A stretch of 64,000 bases of DNA from Lachnospiraceae bacterium (lineage in GTDB: Bacteria; Bacillota; Clostridia; Lachnospirales; Lachnospiraceae), in the NCBI GenBank assembly GCA_017394885.1, contig JAFPWO010000010.1, forward strand, positions 152,010 through 216,009. Direction: 5' to 3'. Positions within the stretch are counted from its first letter, which is position 1; the number at the start of each line of letters is the position of its first letter. The position numbers and the translations under genes were made by a program. Below, piece by piece: positions 55,661 to 63,967 of this stretch. A model generated the notes under the pieces. That model had not been told where the DNA came from and did no database searches. It saw only the letters and a list, made by a program, of their open reading frames with translations.

Positions 55661-56170
55661 TTATATTATGCCACATTCTTTGCGTACTCGTTCGCACAGT
55701 TCCTCAACGCTCTTGTCCTCTGTCGAAATATGGATACCGGGCAGGGCCGATGAGCCTTCCCGGGAGAGGTCGATATTCTCCATGCACCAGCAGCCCTCCT
55801 CTTCGCCCCGGGCCAGGATCCGCTCATGCACGGTCTCATAAGAGGCTTCCAGGATCACGAGTTTTGTTTGAATTCCCGCGCGCCGCAGCCTCCGGATGAT
55901 GCGCATCGATTCCTTCCGCACCAGTGTCATGGGAACGAGGATGTCTTTGCGGAAGTTTTCGTGGATGTCTTTCAGAAGCCGGAAGCAGAACTCGCCCCAC
56001 AGCGGATAGTCCTCGAAAATAAAGCCGTACGGACAGTCCGGATAGTTTTCCCGGACAGCGTTGCCGACTTCTTCCGCGTCGAAGATCAGGGCGTCCGCCA
56101 TCCGGGCCGCCAAAGCCTTCGCCAGCGTCGATTTTCCGACCCCGTAGGGGCCGCTCAGCCAAATGATCAC
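55661..56170 (-). CDS. P-loop ATP-binding protein resembling TmrB (tunicamycin-resistance protein family)
   Basis: (M)IIWLSGPYGVGKSTLA, YPLWGEFCFRLL and ILVPMTLV parallel remembered B. subtilis TmrB segments (MIIWINGAFGSGKTQTA, YPLWRAFNYSLL, LIVPMTIV). GTG start. Confidence 0.7.
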   Translation of the reverse strand: MIIWLSGPYGVGKSTLAKALAARMADALIFDAEEVGNAVRENYPDCPYGFIFEDYPLWGEFCFRLLKDIHENFRKDILVPMTLVRKESMRIIRRLRRAGIQTKLVILEASYETVHERILARGEEEGCWCMENIDLSREGSSALPGIHISTEDKSVEELCERVRKECGII

Positions 56171-56216
56171 AGGGAATACCTCCGTATCGGAAACTTTTGC
56201 GGCGACGCCCTGGCCG

Positions 56217-56666
56217 CTACAGGATCGGCTGCAGGCGGGCGGGGGCGCTTCCCTCCGCGGGGAGCTCGCCGATGATCATGCGGAACCATTCGGGATCCTC
56301 ATCGTCCAGGGTAAAGCACAGCACGTCTCCCTTTTTCACCGCGGGAAATATACTCTCCGGGATCGTCCAGTCAAACTCTTCTTCCTGTTTCTTTTCCAGC
56401 TCCGCAAAGAGTTTCTGGTCCAGGATCACGCTGTGCTGCGGGCGGCTCAGCCAGAGCACCGGCTCGCCTTCCCTGCGCAGCCGGATGTGCTTGATCTGCG
56501 AGCGGTAAAACAGCCAGCCGTCGATTTCCAGCGCTTCTTCGTTCTCCCCGAATTCATGCTGGCAGTAAGACGCGCTGTCATGCCGGGCTTCTCCGTCAAA
56601 GATCTTCCAGTCCGGACCGACGATCCGGACGTCTTTATTATCGTATTGGTAGAGCTTTCTGCTCAC
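56217..56666 (-). CDS. Hypothetical 149-aa protein translationally coupled to lplA
   Basis: The GTG start overlaps the lplA stop (GTGA). A GAGGAGGA SD lies 6 nt upstream inside the lplA 3' end. No motif recognised. Confidence 0.65.
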   Translation of the reverse strand: MSRKLYQYDNKDVRIVGPDWKIFDGEARHDSASYCQHEFGENEEALEIDGWLFYRSQIKHIRLRREGEPVLWLSRPQHSVILDQKLFAELEKKQEEEFDWTIPESIFPAVKKGDVLCFTLDDEDPEWFRMIIGELPAEGSAPARLQPIL

Positions 56667-57670
56667 GGCATATCCTCCTCTTCTCCGGCCAGCAGGCGGA
56701 TCAAGTCTTCCCGCTCCAGGCCGTGAAAATATTCGGAAACCCGGATCTCCTTCAGGGCTTCTTCCAGATCCCCGCGGAGCAGGCGGCAGCCGGCCAGCCG
56801 GCTTACAAGCGCGTCCGGCTCCGTAAAACTGAAGAAATCTCCGGTAAAACGGATCGCCCGGATGCGGTCATGCTCTGTTTCGATATGGGCTTCGATCAGC
56901 CCGCAGCCGGGGAAGCGCCGGCGTCTTTGCAGGCTCCCCGCCGGGGACTGCCCCCAGTTCCAGTCCGGGTCCCGGTAACGCGCCGCCAGCCGGAAAATAA
57001 CCTCTTCCGCCTCCGGACAAAGCGTGATCTCCCGCCCCGGATTTTCCCGCAGGATCTGCTCTTTCAGCGCCGCGCGGAATTCCGGAAGCGTCACCGGCTG
57101 CGTAAGGTGCCCCTTCACCGTGGTGATGCGGCTGCGCACCGAGCGGACGCCCTTGCCCGCGATCTTGGACGGATCCACCCGCAGGACCTGCTCCACCTTC
57201 TCCGCATCCGCCTCGAAAAGGATGGTCCCGTGATGCATCACGCGGCCCTCCTTTACGTACTGGGCGTTGCCGGAGAATTTCGCGCCGCCGATCGTGATAT
57301 CGTTCCGTCCGTTCATCTCGGCCGTGATCCCGAAGCGCGCCAGCGTCCGCACGACCGCGCCGCAGAAGCGCGCAAAGTCCAGCTCCCGGGAATCGCCGGC
57401 GTCCGTGATAAAGGTATAATTCAGGTTCCCGAGGTCATGATAGACCGCGCCGCCGCCGGAGAGACGCCGCACCACCTGCACTCCGTGCGCCTGCACATAG
57501 GCCTCGTTGATCTCCGCCCGGGTATTCTGATGCCGCCCGATGATGACCGCGTTTTCATTCTGCCAGAGCATGGCATAGGCGCGGTCCCGGGGCAGTTCGT
57601 CAAACACATACTGCTCCGCGGCCAGATTCCAGGCCGGGTCCGTGGTATACAGATCCAGAAAGTCCAGCAT
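56663..57670 (-). CDS. lplA: Lipoate--protein ligase
   Basis: LWQNENAVIIGRHQN...RRLSGGGAVYHDLGNLNYTFI...GGAKFSGNAQ are typical LplA catalytic-domain motifs, and a C-terminal accessory domain is present. AAGGAG SD. Confidence 0.9.
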   Translation of the reverse strand: MLDFLDLYTTDPAWNLAAEQYVFDELPRDRAYAMLWQNENAVIIGRHQNTRAEINEAYVQAHGVQVVRRLSGGGAVYHDLGNLNYTFITDAGDSRELDFARFCGAVVRTLARFGITAEMNGRNDITIGGAKFSGNAQYVKEGRVMHHGTILFEADAEKVEQVLRVDPSKIAGKGVRSVRSRITTVKGHLTQPVTLPEFRAALKEQILRENPGREITLCPEAEEVIFRLAARYRDPDWNWGQSPAGSLQRRRRFPGCGLIEAHIETEHDRIRAIRFTGDFFSFTEPDALVSRLAGCRLLRGDLEEALKEIRVSEYFHGLEREDLIRLLAGEEEDMP

Positions 57671-57679
57671 GTTTGCTCC

Positions 57680-60415
57680 TTATTCGGTCCGAAGCGCCGC
57701 CACCGGATCGCGCCTGGCCGCCGCGCGCGCCGGAATGATGCCGCCGATCAGGGTCAGCACCGTGCTGAGCAGGATCAGGAAGAGGGCATGCTCCGGCCGG
57801 ATAAAAGCCTTCACGTCCGCCGCGCCGGTCAGCGAGCGGATCACCATATTGCCGGGGATCAGGATGAGCTCGGAGATGCCGATGCCCATCAGCCCGGCCG
57901 TAAAGCCGATGATGAGCGTCTCCGCGTTGAAGACCTGGGACACGTTCCGTTTGGAGGCGCCGAGCGCGCGCAGCACGCCGATCTCCTTCGTCCGCTCCAG
58001 CACCGAGATATAGGTGATGATCCCGATCATGATGGAGCTGACCACGAGCGAGACCGCGACAAAGGCGATCAGCACGCCGGAGATCACGTTGATGATGGTG
58101 GTTACCGAATTCATCAGGAGCCCCACGTAGTCCGTGTAGGTGATCTGGTCCTTTTCTTCCACCCCGTTGTTGTATTCTTCGATGGCCTTCGCCACCCCGT
58201 CCTTATCTTCGAAGGAATCGCAGTAAAGATCGATCCCTGAAGGTGCGTCCGGGCTGACCCAGCCGAAATCACTCATGTTTTCATCGTAGGTGCCGGTCGA
58301 AATATAGGCGTCGTAGATCCCCACCAGCGTCTCTTCCGTGATGGTGGTCCCGAGGGCCGCGTCCAGACCGGCGGCAAGCTCCGCCTCCGACATCTGCGAC
58401 AGCTGCGCCAGCATCTCCGGCTGGTCCGCATAGAGCGGCCGCATCAGGGAAAGATACATCGCGGCTTTTTCGGAGGTGTTGAGGCCCTGCAGATAGACGC
58501 GGGCGTCCTCTGCCTTGGCGGCGTCATTGTCCGGGGCAAAGCGCAGGCCGTTCAGGACGCTGGTATCCGGAGAGGCCTTCTGCGCCTTGACAACGGCGCT
58601 TTCCTCCGTGTGGCGGATGATCTCATTGGTCAGCAGCTGGGTATAGCCGAGCGGGCCCGTAAGCAGCGAGCTCATGGACTCCTCACTGCTGCGCACAACG
58701 CCCACGATCTTCAATTTATAGGCCTTGTCCAGCGCTTTTTCCAGGGCATCCGCGTCGTCCCCGATATACCGGAACAGGCCGTCTTTCGTCTCTTCATACT
58801 GATCGCAGGCCGGAAGCAGGTAGTATTCCCGCTCCGCCGCGGCCTCATAGCTCCACGAATGGTCTTCGGCCTTCACTTCTTCGCCCTTGTCCAGCTTTTC
58901 CAGCATGTCCAGATACTCGGCCGAGGGCAGAAAGCCCAGCTGATACAGAATATTCAGCGAGATCTCGTTGCTGGTGTCCAGAATCAGGATCAGCTCGTCC
59001 GCCTTCTCCGGCCAGCGCCCATAGAGCAGGTCATAGTTTTCCTTCACTGCCGCGTTGACCAGCCCCGTGTCCTTATCCGGCAGCATCTCCGAAAAGTGCG
59101 CGCTGCCGCCGCCCCCGTAGAAGGAGCTCATGCTGCTGCGCATGGCGGAGGAGCCGCCCATACGGTTCCGGCCGCCGATCTTCACGCCGTCCGTGTTGAT
59201 AAACACGTTCTCGGTGTCGTAGGTATAAACGCCGAATTTCACGTCGTAGCTGTAGATCACGCCATTCTCCCCCAGATATTCATGGATGGAAGAATCCGGT
59301 TCATCCAGATAGTGCTTGAAATCCGTCAGATTGTTCTCCGTCAGGCTGTTGGTGATACTCGAGCGCATCTCCACCCAGAGGTTGTTCGCGTAGATCTGAT
59401 CCCGCTCATGCGTCAGTTCTTCCGTGCCGCCGCGCCGCTCCTCCGCCGCGCTGATGAGGCCGGACAGGTCGATGGTCGTGGCCTGGATACTGATGGGATA
59501 CGAGGTCATGGTATCCCGCTGGATATCTTTGATATACTGGTCCGCCCCGGTCGAAAGCGAGAGGATGAGGGCGATCCCGATGATCCCGATGGAGCCCGCG
59601 AAGGCGGTGAGCAGCGTACGGCCGAGCTTGGTGCGCAGGTTGCTGAAGGAAAGGGCGAGCGAGGTCCCCCAGGACATGGAAGCCTTGCCGGTCTTGGCCG
59701 CGGCGGCGCCGGGGATTGCAAGCGACCGCTCCCCGTCATGGCAGGGATCGCTGTCCCCGATGATGCGGCCGTCTTTTAAGCGGATGATGCGCGTCGCGTA
59801 GTTTTCCGCAAGCTCCGGATTGTGCGTCACCATGACCACCAGGCGGTTGCGGGCGACCTCTTTTAAAAGCTCCATGATCTGGAGGCTGGTCACGGAATCC
59901 AGCGCGCCGGTGGGCTCATCGGCCAGCAGGATATCCGGATCGCCCACGAGCGCGCGGGCGATGGCCACGCGCTGCATCTGGCCGCCGGCGAGCTGGTTCG
60001 GGCGTTTTTTGATCTGATCGCCCAGGCCGACCTCCTCGAGCGCCGCGATGGCGCGGCGGCGCCGTTCCTTCCGGGAGATCCCGCCGATCGTCAGCGCGAG
60101 CTCCACATTGGACAGCACGCTCTGGTGGCCGATCAGGTTGTAACTCTGGAAAACAAAGCCGATGGTGTGGTTGCGGTAGGTGTCCCAGTCGCGGTCCTTA
60201 TACTGCTTCGTGGACGTCCCGTTGATGATCAGATCGCCGGAATCGTAGCGGTCCAGCCCGCCGATCACGTTGAGCAGTGTGGTCTTGCCGGAGCCGCTCG
60301 GGCCCAGCACCGCCACGAATTCATTGTCCCGCAGATCCAGCGTCACGTCGTCCAGTGCGGTCTGCACCAGCTCACCGGTCCGGTAGGTCTTGCTTATATG
60401 ATCGATATGCAGCAT
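57680..60415 (-). CDS. MacB-architecture fused ABC ATPase-FtsX permease with a ~500-aa extracytoplasmic domain
   Basis: N-terminal ATPase (GPSGSGKTT, LAGGQMQRVAIARAL, ILLADEPTGALD). TM1 lies near residue 265, followed by a long soluble region. The C-terminal FtsX-type three-TM bundle includes ERTKEIGVLRALGASKRNV. Confidence 0.9.
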   Translation of the reverse strand: MLHIDHISKTYRTGELVQTALDDVTLDLRDNEFVAVLGPSGSGKTTLLNVIGGLDRYDSGDLIINGTSTKQYKDRDWDTYRNHTIGFVFQSYNLIGHQSVLSNVELALTIGGISRKERRRRAIAALEEVGLGDQIKKRPNQLAGGQMQRVAIARALVGDPDILLADEPTGALDSVTSLQIMELLKEVARNRLVVMVTHNPELAENYATRIIRLKDGRIIGDSDPCHDGERSLAIPGAAAAKTGKASMSWGTSLALSFSNLRTKLGRTLLTAFAGSIGIIGIALILSLSTGADQYIKDIQRDTMTSYPISIQATTIDLSGLISAAEERRGGTEELTHERDQIYANNLWVEMRSSITNSLTENNLTDFKHYLDEPDSSIHEYLGENGVIYSYDVKFGVYTYDTENVFINTDGVKIGGRNRMGGSSAMRSSMSSFYGGGGSAHFSEMLPDKDTGLVNAAVKENYDLLYGRWPEKADELILILDTSNEISLNILYQLGFLPSAEYLDMLEKLDKGEEVKAEDHSWSYEAAAEREYYLLPACDQYEETKDGLFRYIGDDADALEKALDKAYKLKIVGVVRSSEESMSSLLTGPLGYTQLLTNEIIRHTEESAVVKAQKASPDTSVLNGLRFAPDNDAAKAEDARVYLQGLNTSEKAAMYLSLMRPLYADQPEMLAQLSQMSEAELAAGLDAALGTTITEETLVGIYDAYISTGTYDENMSDFGWVSPDAPSGIDLYCDSFEDKDGVAKAIEEYNNGVEEKDQITYTDYVGLLMNSVTTIINVISGVLIAFVAVSLVVSSIMIGIITYISVLERTKEIGVLRALGASKRNVSQVFNAETLIIGFTAGLMGIGISELILIPGNMVIRSLTGAADVKAFIRPEHALFLILLSTVLTLIGGIIPARAAARRDPVAALRTE

Positions 60416-60437
60416 GTTTTTTCCTTTCCGGGTGATC

Positions 60438-60737
60438 CTATTTCACGAGGAACGAAGGCGGATCCAGCAGGATCCAGGCGATCAGTCCCGCCTGCAGCAG
60501 CATAAAAAGCGGGAAGAAAAGGCGGAAATACCAGTGTTTCGTCTTATGGCGGAAAAAGAGCATTCCGAGCGTTCCGCCCAGGCCGCCGAAAAGAGCAGCG
60601 GCCAGGAACAGGGTCTTTTCGGGGATGCGCCACTTCCCCTTCTTCGCGCGGCCTTTATCGATCCCCATCAGGCTAAAGGCCAGCAGGTTCATGGAGACGA
60701 TCCCGATACATCCTATGATTTGCCATGTGCTCAGCAT
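60438..60737 (-). CDS. DUF1294-family small membrane protein
   Basis: GIDKGRAKKGKWRIPEKTLFLAAALFGGLGGTLGMLFFRHKTKHWYF is the characteristic DUF1294 core. ATG 60737 sits behind AAGGAG. Confidence 0.8.
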   Translation of the reverse strand: MLSTWQIIGCIGIVSMNLLAFSLMGIDKGRAKKGKWRIPEKTLFLAAALFGGLGGTLGMLFFRHKTKHWYFRLFFPLFMLLQAGLIAWILLDPPSFLVK

Positions 60738-60797
60738 GTTTTCTCCTTTTTGCGCACCGGGCGGGATAATGCTTTCCGCCGGCGCCTGTCTTTCGAA

Positions 60798-60826
60798 ATT
60801 ATAACGATTTCCGCCCGGTAACGCAA
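60798..60826 (-). promoter_or_regulatory. Putative promoter of the DUF1294/ABC/lplA gene run
   Basis: The minus strand reads TTGCGT (60826..60821), a 17-nt spacer, then TATAAT (60803..60798). Confidence 0.5.
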
Positions 60827-60833
60827 GGCCGGG

Positions 60834-60861
60834 TAGCAATCTTCACGATTTATGGTATATT
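60834..60861 (+). promoter_or_regulatory. Putative proC promoter
   Basis: TAGCAA (60834..60839), a 16-nt spacer ending TGG, then TATATT (60856..60861), which is extended -10-like. Confidence 0.45.
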
Positions 60862-60872
60862 GAGGGCAGATC

Positions 60873-60908
60873 GTCATCCTGAGCGAGCACAGCGAGCCGA
60901 AGGATCCC
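60873..60908 (+). repeat. Short dispersed intergenic repeat, copy 2 (in the proC leader)
   Basis: gtcatcctgagcgagcAcagcgagccgaaggatccc. One mismatch relative to copies 1 and 3. Confidence 0.85.
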
Positions 60909-60931
60909 TTAGGAAGAAAGAAGACAAGATT

Positions 60932-61711
60932 ATGAAACTCGGTTTTATCGGAATGGGAAATATGGCCCAGGCGCTGACCGCCGGCTGGATGGAAAGCGGC
61001 GCGCTTGCGGCCGGAGAGATCGGGGCCTACGCCCCGCATCAGGACAAACTTCAGAAAAACGCGGAACGGCTGGGCTTTGTGCCCTTCGCCTCCGCGCGGG
61101 AACTGGTCCGGGCGGCTGAGATCGTGATCTTCGCCTGCAAGCCGTATCAGATCGAAGACGTGCTTGCGGATATCGGGCCGCTGCTTGACGGAAAAGCGCT
61201 GATCTCCATCGCCCTCGGCTGGGACTACGAACGCTGGCAGGCGGCGCTTCGCGGCGCCGCGCGGGTGCAGTTTGTCATGCCGAACACCCCCGCGCAGGTG
61301 CGGGAAGGCATCTTCCTCTTTGAGGAGATCCACTCACTGACGGAAGAGGAGGAAGCCTTTGCCCGGTCTCTGTTTTCCGCGCTCGGGAAAGTGATCGCGC
61401 TGCCCTCCCGGCTGATGGAGATCGGCGGCACGGTCAGCGGCTGCGGCCCCGCCTTTGCGGACATGATCATGGAAGCCTTCGCGGACGCCGGCGTCAAATA
61501 CGGCCTGCCCCGCGCGCTGGCCTATGAACTCGTCAGCCAGATGCTGCTCGGCAGCGCAAAACTGCAGCGGGATACGAAAACGCACCCCGCTGTACTGAAG
61601 GACGCGGTCTGTTCGCCCGGCGGAAGTACCATCCGCGGGGTGGCCGCCCTGGAAGAATACGGCCTCCGGGCTGCCTGTCTGGCCGCGATCGACGCCGTGA
61701 TGGAGAAATAA
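60932..61711 (+). CDS. proC: Pyrroline-5-carboxylate reductase
   Basis: MKLGFIGMGNMAQAL Rossmann start and C-terminal CSPGGSTIRGV motif. ATG 60932. The track ORF begins upstream, inside the repeat. Confidence 0.93.
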   Translation: MKLGFIGMGNMAQALTAGWMESGALAAGEIGAYAPHQDKLQKNAERLGFVPFASARELVRAAEIVIFACKPYQIEDVLADIGPLLDGKALISIALGWDYERWQAALRGAARVQFVMPNTPAQVREGIFLFEEIHSLTEEEEAFARSLFSALGKVIALPSRLMEIGGTVSGCGPAFADMIMEAFADAGVKYGLPRALAYELVSQMLLGSAKLQRDTKTHPAVLKDAVCSPGGSTIRGVAALEEYGLRAACLAAIDAVMEK

Positions 61712-61715
61712 AGCA

Positions 61716-62363
61716 CTATTCCAGCAGCCACCGTTCCCCGTCGGGGGCACTGATGAGGCTCCCCGGAAGACGCCGGAGCACTTCCCCGTCCGGATAGCGT
61801 CGGATCACAGTCTCCTCGCGGTAATCCGGGTCTTCAAACCACTCAGAAAAGAGGAGGCAGTCCCCGTCGCGGCTATCCAGCGATTCGGCCGGAGCGATGG
61901 GGAAATCGCCCTTCTCCGGCCAGACGACCTGGAACGTGTTTTCATGGCCCTGGCGCGTGAGGCACAGCGGCGCCGTCGTGAGGAATAGGTTGTAGCAGTC
62001 TTTGACCGACTGAAGCGGCAGGGAGGCGGCCGTCTCCAGGCTTGCTTCTTCCGCCGTCCAGCGGAGGATCACGATCTCCTCCTTCGAAAAATCTACCAGC
62101 AGGATATAGATCCCGCCCTCCCAGAAGGCCGGCCGGCCCAGATACTGGCCGGCCTTTGCTTTGACCGGTTCAAAGACCGTTCCTTCCGGGAAGCGCAGAA
62201 AGACCAGCCGGTTGCGGCTGATCCTGTGCTTTTCCTGCCAGAGCTCTTCCGCCTCATAGAGATCGCCGGAGGTGTAATCCATCCCCCAGCACCAGCCCGG
62301 CAGGCCGTCCAGCTCCGTGATATAGTGGATCCCGCCGAGTTTGATTTTCTTTAATTCCTTCAT
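61716..62363 (-). CDS. Hypothetical 215-aa protein
   Basis: Clean ORF with an ATG start, convergent with proC across a 4-nt gap. No motif recognised. Confidence 0.6.
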   Translation of the reverse strand: MKELKKIKLGGIHYITELDGLPGWCWGMDYTSGDLYEAEELWQEKHRISRNRLVFLRFPEGTVFEPVKAKAGQYLGRPAFWEGGIYILLVDFSKEEIVILRWTAEEASLETAASLPLQSVKDCYNLFLTTAPLCLTRQGHENTFQVVWPEKGDFPIAPAESLDSRDGDCLLFSEWFEDPDYREETVIRRYPDGEVLRRLPGSLISAPDGERWLLE

Positions 62364-62419
62364 ACGTATTCCCTGTCAATAAACCTATTATATCATCCTG
62401 CGCGCAGCGAGTCCTTTCT

Positions 62420-62459
62420 CTGTCATCCTGAGCGAGCGCAGCGAGCCGAAGGATCCCAT
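62420..62459 (+). repeat. Short dispersed intergenic repeat, copy 3 (preceded by a degenerate half-copy at ~62390..62415)
   Basis: ctgtcatcctgagcgagcgcagcgagccgaaggatcccat. The upstream atcatcctgcgcgcagcgagtcc looks like a decayed partial copy. Confidence 0.85.
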
Positions 62460-62502
62460 CGTTTCCGGCCCCGGGACAGTTCGGGGGCAGGCTCCGACTG
62501 TC

Positions 62503-63312
62503 TTACGGCTCTTCCAGAAACGCAAAGACGCGTTTGTTAAAGTCTTTCGCTTCCTCGTAGGCCCCGTGCCCGAGGCCCGGGTACAGATAAAGCCGGCTGC
62601 CGGGGATGCCTTCCTGCAGCTCCCGGGATGCCTGCGCGCCGACGATCTTATCCTCTTCGCCGCCGATGATCAGCGTGGGGCAGCCGATCTTTCCGATCGC
62701 CTCCCCCGCGTCAAAGTCCAGGATCGCCCGCGCGTTGGCTAAAAAGCGGTCATAGCTTTTCGGCTTTCCCACAAAACCGATCACGGGGTAGCTCATCCGG
62801 AACTGCCTGAGGAAACGCTCGGAGTAGCTCTTCTCGGCCGTGTCGATCATCAGCTTCCGGTGTTCGCGCCGTCCGGCCAGTTCGATCCAGGTAAGGATGT
62901 TGTCCCGGATCAGGGGGTTCGCAGACGGCGCCGTCACCGCGAGGACCAGTTTCTCCACCCGCTCCGGATAATTTGCCGCGAGGAACTGCGCGATCATCCC
63001 GCCCTGCGAGACGCCCAGAACCGACGTCTTTTCGATCCCGAGCTTTTGCAAAGCCTGTGCCTGATCGGCCGCCATCTCCCGGATGGAGATCCCCTCCGGC
63101 AGGTCGCTGCGGCGGCTGAACATATATATGGTATAACTCTTACAATAACGCCTGTACGGGCCGGCCAGCATCAGGGCCTTGCCCTTCACCGTGGCCAGTC
63201 CGTCCGAAAGCCCGGGCAGAATGATCAGATTCTTCGGACCGCTCCCGAAGGAAACATAGTCCATATCGGACGGCCCGATGGCCACCCTTCCGTTTTTCGC
63301 ATTCCAGAGCAT
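62503..63312 (-). CDS. Alpha/beta-fold hydrolase
   Basis: ILPGLSDGL, nucleophile elbow GVSQGG, C-terminal GLGHGAYEE. ATG 63312 sits behind GGGGAGGA. The track ORF extension upstream lacks an SD. Confidence 0.8.
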   Translation of the reverse strand: MLWNAKNGRVAIGPSDMDYVSFGSGPKNLIILPGLSDGLATVKGKALMLAGPYRRYCKSYTIYMFSRRSDLPEGISIREMAADQAQALQKLGIEKTSVLGVSQGGMIAQFLAANYPERVEKLVLAVTAPSANPLIRDNILTWIELAGRREHRKLMIDTAEKSYSERFLRQFRMSYPVIGFVGKPKSYDRFLANARAILDFDAGEAIGKIGCPTLIIGGEEDKIVGAQASRELQEGIPGSRLYLYPGLGHGAYEEAKDFNKRVFAFLEEP

Positions 63313-63429
63313 AACGATCCTCCCCGAAATCATATCTGCCGCCCGCTGCCCGGAGATAGCGGGCCCATGGCGCGGCAAAGCATCTCCGCCGCAAACATAA
63401 TACAAAACCTCCGAAAAGACAAATACATC

Positions 63430-63458
63430 TTGCCATTTTCGCCTTATTATGGCATAAT
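63430..63458 (+). promoter_or_regulatory. Putative promoter of the antitoxin/toxin locus, followed by a short direct repeat
   Basis: TTGCCA (63430..63435), a 17-nt spacer, then CATAAT (63453..63458). The GCATAATC/CCATAATC direct repeat overlaps the -10 box and the start region. Confidence 0.6.
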
Positions 63459-63483
63459 CAGGCCATAATCGGAGGATAATTCA

Positions 63484-63744
63484 ATGCCAAAAATCATTCC
63501 TATCAAAGAGCTGAAAGATACCGCCCGCATCTCGGAACTGTGTCATGTGGCGGAGGAGCCCATCTATATCACTAAAAACGGATACGGCGACATGGTGATC
63601 ATGAGCATTGACCTGTTTGAAAAAATACAGGCTCAGCAGAATCTAATCTATGGGATCGACGCATCGGAAAAACAGATTCGCGAGGGAAAGACGAAAGACG
63701 CTGTCTCTGCCTTAACTGCGCTGAGGGATAAATATGATCTATAA
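63484..63744 (+). CDS. Type II antitoxin, Phd/YefM-like
   Basis: MPKIIPIKELKDTARISELCHVAEEPIYITKNGYGDMVIMSIDLFEKI is a typical Phd/YefM N-terminal fold. GGAGGA SD. It overlaps the downstream toxin remnant by 11 nt. Confidence 0.8.
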   Translation: MPKIIPIKELKDTARISELCHVAEEPIYITKNGYGDMVIMSIDLFEKIQAQQNLIYGIDASEKQIREGKTKDAVSALTALRDKYDL

Positions 63745-63932
63745 GCTGGTCATTTCCGAACGGGCCGACGTACAGACAATGCAATGAAGCTTTTCTGGCA
63801 GACAGAGGCTACAGAAACGCGATATTGTCATCGATGCGCTACCGGGTCGTTTTCCGTGTTGAACGCGATATCGTCTATATTGTAGGTGTATTTCACACCC
63901 TGGAGAATTATACAGATAAAGTTACAGAGTAA
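63734..63932 (+). pseudogene. RelE/ParE-family toxin remnant (internal deletion plus frameshift)
   Basis: The frame from ATG 63734 gives MIYKLVISERADVQTMQ and then a stop. A different frame from ~63771 gives YRQCNEAFLADRGYRNAILSSMRYRVVFRVERDIVYIVGVFHTLENYTDKVTE and then a stop. These match the N- and C-terminal ends of RelE/ParE toxins, and the central ~40 codons are missing. Confidence 0.6.
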
Positions 63933-63940
63933 AACAGGCA

Positions 63941-63967
63941 GCGGCGCGGCAGAGCCCGCCGCTTTTT
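63941..63967 (+). terminator. Rho-independent terminator after the TA locus
   Basis: GCGGCG-cggcagagcc-CGCCGC followed by TTTTT. Confidence 0.7.
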
